A stretch of 64,000 nucleotides of DNA from a bacterium. GTDB lineage: Bacteria; DRYD01. Made by a program: the position numbers and the translations under genes. Of this stretch, positions 56,901-64,000 are shown in pieces. Where the stretch lies: assembly GCA_039630415.1 (NCBI GenBank), contig JBCNVB010000018.1, positions 64,001 through 128,000 on the forward strand, in the 5' to 3' direction. Within the stretch, counting starts at the first letter, position 1. The number at the start of each line of letters is the position of its first letter. The notes under the pieces were generated by a model, which was given only the letters and a program-made list of their open reading frames with translations, did no database searches and was not told the DNA's origin.

Positions 56901-58208
56901 TTGAATAGTAATTATGTGAGATTTAGTACATATTACCTCGGATGTAGAGTAAATCAAGCAGAAATAGAATCATTTGAAGATAAATTAACCAAACTGGGAT
57001 TAGAACACTCAAAAGATGGAAAATCTGACATAATTATCTTTAACACTTGCTCAGTAACTCACAAAGCAGAAAAAGAATCCTACAGATTAATAAGAAAACT
57101 CTTTTCTCTTAATCCAGAGGCCAAATTCTTCATAACCGGATGTATAGTTCCCTTAAACAAAGCACTCATAGATCAAGTAAAACAAAAAATACTACCCCAA
57201 GAGTTATTAGACAAATCAGATAACCTTTATATTATACCCTCTACCCAAAAAGAAAGGATAATTCAAATTATTCAAGAGGAAATACTCCAAAGTGTTCAAG
57301 AAATAAATAGCTCAATTAAACCAAGAGTTAAGTACTATATCAAAGTTCAAGATGGTTGTAATCACTTCTGTACCTTCTGTATAATCCCATATACCCGAGG
57401 AAGAAGTAGAAGCAAACCACCTGAACAAGTAATACAAGAAATAAATTCTATAAGAGAAATACTAATAAAACATCCAGATCAGGGAGCAGAAATAACCCTA
57501 ACGGGTATATGTCTAGGAGAATATGGACTAGATATAAACACTTCTCTAGCCAAACTTCTTAAAAAAATATTACCTTATGTACCTGATAATGCCAAAATAA
57601 GACTTAGTTCCATGGATTTAATTACACTCGATCAAGAAATAATAGAAGTTCTGTCCTCAAGTAACAAGATATGTAAATATCTTCATCTTTCACTTCAAAG
57701 CGGTAGCAATCGTATCCTTAAACTAATGAGAAGAAACTATACAATAGAACAATACTTAGAAATTATAGATAAGCTATACAAATCCATTCCAGATCTAGGA
57801 ATAACAACCGACATAATAGTAGGTTTCCCAACCGAAACAGAACAAGATTTCCAAGAAACATTACAAGCAGTCAAAAAAGCAAATTTCCATAGAATTCATA
57901 TATTCCCATTCTCTTTTAGACCATACACTTATGCCTATCAAAAAATGAGACATATAAAAATTGATTATCAGCAAGTTAAAGAATATGAAAAAATTCTACA
58001 CCAAATAAGTCTACAACAAAGTAAAGCATTCATAAACCATAGAATAAATAACGAATACGAAGTTCTACTAGAAGGCAATGGTTATGGATACACCCATAAC
58101 TTCATAAGAGTTAAAACACCTTACAAGAATGTACAATCTTTTAAAAAAGTAAGAATAACAGGTATAGAGGAGGAAAAAGGCAATTTCGCAGTTGCCTTAG
58201 CAGTATGA
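56901..58208 (+). CDS. mtaB: tRNA t6A37 methylthiotransferase MtaB
   Basis: LGCRVNQAE, NTCSVT, KVQDGCNHFCTFC, HLSLQSGS, DIIVGFP. Confidence 0.9.
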   Translation: MNSNYVRFSTYYLGCRVNQAEIESFEDKLTKLGLEHSKDGKSDIIIFNTCSVTHKAEKESYRLIRKLFSLNPEAKFFITGCIVPLNKALIDQVKQKILPQELLDKSDNLYIIPSTQKERIIQIIQEEILQSVQEINSSIKPRVKYYIKVQDGCNHFCTFCIIPYTRGRSRSKPPEQVIQEINSIREILIKHPDQGAEITLTGICLGEYGLDINTSLAKLLKKILPYVPDNAKIRLSSMDLITLDQEIIEVLSSSNKICKYLHLSLQSGSNRILKLMRRNYTIEQYLEIIDKLYKSIPDLGITTDIIVGFPTETEQDFQETLQAVKKANFHRIHIFPFSFRPYTYAYQKMRHIKIDYQQVKEYEKILHQISLQQSKAFINHRINNEYEVLLEGNGYGYTHNFIRVKTPYKNVQSFKKVRITGIEEEKGNFAVALAV

Positions 58209-59200
58209 CCATCCTAATCACTGGAGGAGCAGGATACATAGGAAGCTGCACAACACTCAAAATACTTCAAACCCTCGACACAAAATGTATCGTAGTAGAC
58301 AAACAAGAAACTTCTAACCTTCAAAAACTTTTAATCTCATTCCCAAACAAAATAGTATTTTATAAATTAAACATGTGTGATTTAACAAGCTTAGAGGAAG
58401 TGTTTAAAAACTACAAAATAAAATCAATTATCCACTTCGCAGCTTACACAATAGTTTCAGAATCAGAAAAACAAGTTTACGAATATCTTTCAAATAACAT
58501 AAATTCAACCCTCAACCTAGTAGAACTAATGGTTAAGTACAACGTAGAAAACCTTATATTTTCATCAAGTGCCAGTGTTTATGGTAATGCAAAATATGTA
58601 CCAATAGATGAAGAACATCCCACAGAACCTCAATCAACATACGCCTTATCCAAAAAAATATGTGAACAAATAATACAAAAATACTCATCTAAAGGAATAA
58701 AGTTCATAACTCTAAGGTACTTCAATCCAGCAGGATGTATAGAAAACTTAGGAGAAGAACATGACCCAGAAACACACCTCATACCTATACTTATCAAGTC
58801 AATCCTAGAAGGCAAAACATTCAAAATATTCGGTAATAACTTTCCAACTAAAGATGGAACTTGTATTAGAGACTTTATCCATATAGAAGACTTGGTAAAT
58901 GCACATATCATATCATTGGAAAAATTAATCAACAACGAAAAAATAAACGAAATCTACAATGTAGGAATAAACAAAGGATATTCCGTTATGGATGTACTCA
59001 ATAAATCACTTGAAATATTGAAAAAAGATACAAATAAGAATTTCAATTTTATATTTTCTGAACCTAGAGAAGGAGACGTACCAATCCTAGTAGCCAATTC
59101 AAACAAAATACAAAAACATTTAGGCTTTAAACCTAGATACGACTTAGAAGATATCATCTATAGCGTATGGAAATACGAAAAACAAAAAATATCGATATAA
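58205..59200 (+). CDS. galE: UDP-glucose 4-epimerase
   Basis: GGAGYIGS, YALSK, LRYFN, ETHLIP, DGTCIRDFIH. Confidence 0.93.
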   Translation: MTILITGGAGYIGSCTTLKILQTLDTKCIVVDKQETSNLQKLLISFPNKIVFYKLNMCDLTSLEEVFKNYKIKSIIHFAAYTIVSESEKQVYEYLSNNINSTLNLVELMVKYNVENLIFSSSASVYGNAKYVPIDEEHPTEPQSTYALSKKICEQIIQKYSSKGIKFITLRYFNPAGCIENLGEEHDPETHLIPILIKSILEGKTFKIFGNNFPTKDGTCIRDFIHIEDLVNAHIISLEKLINNEKINEIYNVGINKGYSVMDVLNKSLEILKKDTNKNFNFIFSEPREGDVPILVANSNKIQKHLGFKPRYDLEDIIYSVWKYEKQKISI

Positions 59201-59601
59201 GTATAGGAACAGACATAATAAATAATCAAAGAATAAAAAAACATATAAACGATCCTAAATTTATTCAGCGAATTCTAGGTGATAAAGAAATACAAATATT
59301 TTCCAAATTTACAAATGAACGAAGAAAAATCGAGTTCTTAGCAGCAAGATTCTCAGCAAAAGAGTCCATCACAAAAGCACTCAAATTTAAACCAGTATTC
59401 AATAAAATTAATATACTCACAGATTCATCAATACTAATACAACCTGAATACCTCTCCCAAATTAAAAAAAATCTAAACTTTAAAAATCTACAAATCAAAG
59501 TAAGCATAAGCCATGAAAAAGAATACACTATATCCAACTGCATAATACTATACACTAAAAATAAACATCCAAAAAATGAAAAGTGCTCTAAAACTACATA
59601 G
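59167..59601 (+). CDS. acpS: Holo-ACP synthase
   Basis: IGTDI, FLAARFSAKES..KA, VSISHE. Confidence 0.9.
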   Translation: MEIRKTKNIDISIGTDIINNQRIKKHINDPKFIQRILGDKEIQIFSKFTNERRKIEFLAARFSAKESITKALKFKPVFNKINILTDSSILIQPEYLSQIKKNLNFKNLQIKVSISHEKEYTISNCIILYTKNKHPKNEKCSKTT

Positions 59602-60901
59602 CATAGTTCAAAATATAGAAAATCAAATTGAGCAAAGAAAAGTAAAAATTGCCATAATAGGACTTGGTTATGTAGGACTACCACTACTTATTAATTTCTC
59701 CCGAAAAAACTTTCACGTCATAGGATTCGATATAGATAAATCCAAAATTAAAAAACTAAAAAATAAACAAAGCTACATAAAACATATACCTTCCGAACTT
59801 TTACAAACCTTGAATTACGAAGTTACATACAATTTTTCCAAACTCAAAGAAGTAGATTTTATAATAATAGCTGTTCCCACTCCACTAGATAAGAATAGAA
59901 ATCCAGATATGTCTTTTGTTTTCAATACATCCAAAACTATAGCTCGATACTTAAAAAAGTATCAAACAGTAATTCTCGAATCAACAACATATCCAGGTAC
60001 TACAGAAGAAGATCTAAAAAACATTTTAGAGCAAAGTAATCTAAAAGCGGGAAAAGATTTCTTTTTAGGCTTCTCTCCAGAAAGAGAAGATCCAGGAAAT
60101 AAGGAGTTTTCCTTTGAAAATATCCCCAAAGTAGTAAGCGGATATAGTCCTTATTGCAGAAAATTAATAAAGAAATTGTATGAACAGGTTGTAAATAAAG
60201 TAGTAGTAGCTTCTTCTCCTAAAGTAGCCGAAGCAGCAAAACTACTTGAAAACATATACAGATCCGTAAACATCGCATTAGTTAACGAGATGAAAATTGT
60301 TTTAGATAAAATGGGTATAGACATATGGGAAGTTATAGAAATAGCCAAAACTAAACCATTTGGTTTTCATCCGTTTTATCCAGGTCCCGGATTAGGAGGT
60401 CACTGTATCCCTATAGACCCCTTCTACCTGACTTGGAAAGCTAAAGAATACGACGTTAACACTAAGTTCATAGAGCTAGCAGGAGAAATAAACACCTATA
60501 TGCCCTACTTCGTCATAAATAAAGCTATCGAAGCATTGAACAAAAATAATAAGAGCATTTTTAAAAGTAAAGTACTCATTCTTGGAGTAGCTTACAAAAA
60601 AGATGTTGATGATGCAAGGGAATCACCTGCCCTTAAAGTAATTGATATTTTAATTAACAAATATCAATCAAAAGTAGATTACCACGATCCTTACATACCT
60701 GAACTAAAAGAGTTCAGGAAGTATAAATTTAATCATAAATCAATTAAGTTAACCGCAGATAATCTAAAAAAGTATGACCTGGTAATATTAATTACTGATC
60801 ATTCAGTATACGACCCAGATTTTATTGCTCAAAACTCTAAGTTAGTTATAGATACTAGAAATTTCATTAAAAAACCCCATACCAATGTTATAAAAGCTTA
60901 A
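59576..60901 (+). CDS. UDP-N-acetylhexosamine 6-dehydrogenase (WbpA/WecC-like nucleotide-sugar dehydrogenase)
   Basis: GLGYVGLP, ESTTYPGTT, SPEREDPGN, GGHCIPIDP, AYKKDVDDARESP. Confidence 0.93.
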   Translation: MKSALKLHSIVQNIENQIEQRKVKIAIIGLGYVGLPLLINFSRKNFHVIGFDIDKSKIKKLKNKQSYIKHIPSELLQTLNYEVTYNFSKLKEVDFIIIAVPTPLDKNRNPDMSFVFNTSKTIARYLKKYQTVILESTTYPGTTEEDLKNILEQSNLKAGKDFFLGFSPEREDPGNKEFSFENIPKVVSGYSPYCRKLIKKLYEQVVNKVVVASSPKVAEAAKLLENIYRSVNIALVNEMKIVLDKMGIDIWEVIEIAKTKPFGFHPFYPGPGLGGHCIPIDPFYLTWKAKEYDVNTKFIELAGEINTYMPYFVINKAIEALNKNNKSIFKSKVLILGVAYKKDVDDARESPALKVIDILINKYQSKVDYHDPYIPELKEFRKYKFNHKSIKLTADNLKKYDLVILITDHSVYDPDFIAQNSKLVIDTRNFIKKPHTNVIKA

Positions 60902-61674
60902 TTGTAAACCGCTTCGTATAAAACCAGTGGATATCCAGGAGCAATATATTTTCCCTTTCGAGGATCAGGATTTTCTATACTATCTTTCACATATTCTAAA
61001 TCAACTTTTCCTTCTATAAAAGCTATCAACATACCTACTATTTTTCTTATCATATTCCTTAAAAAATACTCACTTTTAAACTCTAATGTTATCACTACAA
61101 ACTCAGGAAATTTATGAGTATAGTAATTGCTCTGTAAGTTTAATACGGTATTCTTGTTTATGCCTTTTTCTGGTTTGTAGTAACTAGCATAATTTGCCTT
61201 TTGATTAAACAGTACAATAAAGCTATTAAGTTTTGAAATTAATAATTGATAATCATAGCCTTGTATTGCTAAAAAATTTTTTAGTCCATACTTTTCTTCG
61301 ACAAATTTTGGATCATCGTATAGAACTATTTTGTAGATATAACTCTTGTATTTTACGTTATATCTACTATTAAATGATAAATCCACTTTCCTTAGGTCAA
61401 GACAGTATATTTCAAAAGGTAGATTGGTATTTAAAATTTTCAGGAACTCCTGTGTGTTTTGAATTGTTTTATCTGTCTGGAAGTTGAAGTATTGAAAAAG
61501 TGCACTTACTCCTTTATCTGTTCTACCTGTATAACTACATCTGTGTACTTGTAATTTTAGTTCTGAAAGAGTATCTACTATCTTTTGTTGAATAGTATTA
61601 TATAAGTACTTTTGTTTCTGCCAACCAAAATATTCAAAACCCACGTAGGATAAGATTAGAAGATAGTTATTCAA
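60898..61674 (-). CDS. truA: tRNA pseudouridine(38-40) synthase
   Basis: GWQKQ, GRTDKGVSA, FLRNMIRKIVG. Confidence 0.92.
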   Translation of the reverse strand: MNNYLLILSYVGFEYFGWQKQKYLYNTIQQKIVDTLSELKLQVHRCSYTGRTDKGVSALFQYFNFQTDKTIQNTQEFLKILNTNLPFEIYCLDLRKVDLSFNSRYNVKYKSYIYKIVLYDDPKFVEEKYGLKNFLAIQGYDYQLLISKLNSFIVLFNQKANYASYYKPEKGINKNTVLNLQSNYYTHKFPEFVVITLEFKSEYFLRNMIRKIVGMLIAFIEGKVDLEYVKDSIENPDPRKGKYIAPGYPLVLYEAVYN

Positions 61675-62912
61675 GATTGATTTTGTTCCTGAAGGTCTCG
61701 CTTCAGTTGTTGCTGGTGAATTATCCGAGCTACATTATCATCAAGTTGAAAAGCATTTTGTGGGTTAGTTTGTTGATTAGTAGGTTGCTGATATTGGGCA
61801 GGTTGCTGATATTGGGGTTGTTGTGGGAATTGTTGATATGGTTGGTAGGGCTGAGCAGGATATGGTTGAGGTGGGTATGGAGGATAGTAATAAGGTTGAG
61901 CTTGTGGATTAGAACCCTGCATTTGGGGCTGTGGATAAGGTTGATATGGAGGATAGTATGGATAGGGCATATGGTATGGAGGTGGAAAAGATGGATATGG
62001 TTGATTTTTTTGAGAAATTCTTCTATTATACTCATCCTCAGTTTCATAAATACCGCCTATAATTCTTTGATACTCTTCGGTTTTTGCCCATTCTTCCAAC
62101 TCCCTTACCCTATAGGGTATGAAAGGATGAGTCATATCTATCATTATCATATATTTATAGAGTGCTTGAAGGGAACTGAATTCGTCAAGTTGTTTTGCTT
62201 GTAATAGTACTTCCTCTATATTTATTTCTTCATCTTCGTATTTATGGCAATATCCTGCTAATTTTGCTAGGGCTCTCTGAGCTACTGCTTTATCTTGTAC
62301 AACTAAGAATCCCGCTCTGTCAGCTGAAAATTCTGCCATTCTACTCCAATGTAGTAATCCCATTCTAAGAGCATTAGCCGCAAGTACAGCTACACCACCC
62401 ATCACTTGTGATAAAAGATGTATTCCCATCTGACCTATGATTAAAGTAAGACTTTTATAAAGCATATGATCAAACTTCATATGTCCTAATTCATGTCCTA
62501 TTACAAAAAGTAACTCCTCTTCTGTTAGTATGTCTGTTATCCCAGTAGTTACAATCATAATCTTTTTGTCCATACCGAATGCATATGCATTTGCTACAGA
62601 TGAATTTTGTATGAAGAAATCCGGTTCATATGGAATATCTAGTATTTCCATAGCTTCTTTAAAAACTTTGTATAGTCTTGGGTATTGTCTTGGGGTTACT
62701 CTAAGTGCTTGACCCGTAAGAAGAACATATACGGCATCTTCACTACATATTCTATGCCATATTTTTAATAACTGTGGTAAAAGGGGTATTTTTTTCAGGA
62801 TATTAGTAGCATCTGCATCGAATTTATGTTGGATTGATTTTAGTGATATACCCGGGAATTTAAGTTTTCCACTTTCTGTTTTGGGTAGTGACTGAAAATG
62901 CAATCTTTTCAC
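61671..62912 (-). CDS. M48-family metallopeptidase with P/Q/Y-rich low-complexity C-terminal tail
   Basis: ANAYAFG, HELGH, WSRMAEFSADRAG, THP...RV.EL. Confidence 0.9.
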   Translation of the reverse strand: MKRLHFQSLPKTESGKLKFPGISLKSIQHKFDADATNILKKIPLLPQLLKIWHRICSEDAVYVLLTGQALRVTPRQYPRLYKVFKEAMEILDIPYEPDFFIQNSSVANAYAFGMDKKIMIVTTGITDILTEEELLFVIGHELGHMKFDHMLYKSLTLIIGQMGIHLLSQVMGGVAVLAANALRMGLLHWSRMAEFSADRAGFLVVQDKAVAQRALAKLAGYCHKYEDEEINIEEVLLQAKQLDEFSSLQALYKYMIMIDMTHPFIPYRVRELEEWAKTEEYQRIIGGIYETEDEYNRRISQKNQPYPSFPPPYHMPYPYYPPYQPYPQPQMQGSNPQAQPYYYPPYPPQPYPAQPYQPYQQFPQQPQYQQPAQYQQPTNQQTNPQNAFQLDDNVARIIHQQQLKRDLQEQNQS

Positions 62913-64000
62913 CTCCTAATTAGAGATAATGACCTGTTTACTTTTTCTACAAAATATTCCACTACATTCTGGGTATGTGAGTAGTTCAAATAGTTTGGTT
63001 CAAGGGGATTTGGTGAAAGCACTATTCCCTCAGATATCAAACTTTTATATAGGTCAATAAAGGACATTATATCCATGTTTCCTATTTCCTCATTTGATTC
63101 GATCTTCTTTTCCGAAAAGTATATACAGAACATGCTATTAGTGTAGTTTATCTTAAGTTCTGTTTGATCAATATGCTTAACTATGAAATCTATTTTAGAT
63201 TTAAGTGTTTGATAGAAATCGGGTATTTTCTTGATTATGGATAGTACTTTGTATCCTGCAAATACACATATAGGATGACCTGCAAAAACTCCACTATGAG
63301 ACATATTTCCTACAGGTGCCATCACTTCCATATATTCCTTGCTTGATACCACAGCACCTATAGGGAATCCTCCACCTATTACCTTTCCAAGTACGGTTAT
63401 ATCCGGTTTTATTTCCCTACCTAGTCCATAAAAATCTTCTCTAAAGCAGGTAGATATTTCATCAAATATTAGTAAACAGGAGTATTTTTTTGTAAGTTCT
63501 TTTAGTTTTGAGAGGAATTTGTAATCAGCCTTTATCAGTAAATTTGAGGTTTGGATTGGCTCTACTATTACTGCTGCTATCTCTTTTCCGTAGCTTGAGA
63601 AGAATTCTTCTAGAACTTCCACATCATTGTATGGTAAGCTTACAGTATCTTTAATCAGTCTTTTAGGTACCCCACTAGATGAAGCTATTTGACTTCCAAA
63701 TTCCGATGATCCATTTTCTACAAGTAGATAATCTATACTTCCGTGATATCCTCCATCAAATTTTACAATTTTGGATCTACCAGTTATAGCTCTTGCTAAT
63801 CTAAGAGCTATAGTGTTTGCTTCGGTTCCACTATTTACAAATCGGAGCATTTGGTGATAGGGATATGCTTCAATTATCATTTCTGCTAGCAAGTATTCGT
63901 ATTCATTGGAAAGTCCGCTATATATCCCTTCATTGAGTCTCTCTTTGAGTTCTTCTACTATTTCTGGGTAGGCATCTCCGAGTATTATTGATCCCCAAGC
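62909..64000 (-). CDS. hemL: Glutamate-1-semialdehyde 2,1-aminomutase-like class III aminotransferase, 3' part (runs off window end)
   Basis: Frame is open to 64000 (AWGSIILG...); RFVNSGTEA, KFDGGYHG, LIFDE, GKVIGGGFPIGA. Confidence 0.82.
   Translation of the reverse strand, partial: AWGSIILGDAYPEIVEELKERLNEGIYSGLSNEYEYLLAEMIIEAYPYHQMLRFVNSGTEANTIALRLARAITGRSKIVKFDGGYHGSIDYLLVENGSSEFGSQIASSSGVPKRLIKDTVSLPYNDVEVLEEFFSSYGKEIAAVIVEPIQTSNLLIKADYKFLSKLKELTKKYSCLLIFDEISTCFREDFYGLGREIKPDITVLGKVIGGGFPIGAVVSSKEYMEVMAPVGNMSHSGVFAGHPICVFAGYKVLSIIKKIPDFYQTLKSKIDFIVKHIDQTELKINYTNSMFCIYFSEKKIESNEEIGNMDIMSFIDLYKSLISEGIVLSPNPLEPNYLNYSHTQNVVEYFVEKVNRSLSLIRR

Noticed and set aside
1653-60348. Numerous 60-140 aa antisense or alternative-frame ORFs in the track (e.g. 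4458-4790, 11380-11778, 14770-15126, 39502-39903, 59265-59684)
   Set aside because: They lie within or across well-supported genes and show no recognisable motifs.
61677-62204. 175 aa + strand ORF and 105 aa alternative-frame ORF over the M48 tail
   Set aside because: These are shadow ORFs produced by the low-complexity P/Q/Y codons.

Overview
AT-rich, very densely packed bacterial chromosomal DNA, probably from a diderm (GT9 heptosyltransferase-like gene, ArnT-like gene, PilC). I cannot assign the taxon from sequence alone. Most of the window is housekeeping genes in unusually scrambled order: partial pheT, tuf-rpmG-secE-nusG-rplK-rplA, rbfA, ftsW, prs, accA, murF, a salvage cluster (apt, upp, deoxynucleoside kinase, pdp), PBP1A, dnaX, a Xer-type recombinase, rpsK-rpsD-rpoA, dxs, rnc, mtaB, galE, acpS, truA and a partial hemL. 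There are two tRNAs: Val-GAC and a CAU tRNA that is probably Ile2. I found no CRISPR array, IS element, prophage or rRNA. The standout region is a ~7.5 kb tandem array (21233-28783) of two uncharacterised 2-TM membrane-protein families, here called A and B. They form A-B pairs joined by a conserved 28-nt dual-coding overlap. The array shows birth-and-death scars: a frameshifted A copy, a killed and deleted B, a 17-nt junction duplication, a relic B 3' end, and a hypervariable loop in B. Other notable signals are a canonical-geometry H-type pseudoknot in the rpsK-rpsD spacer (candidate S4 leader), a PolX lacking its catalytic aspartates but with an intact PHP domain, an A10 homopolymer frameshift in an AmgK-like kinase, and a highly divergent NusB.
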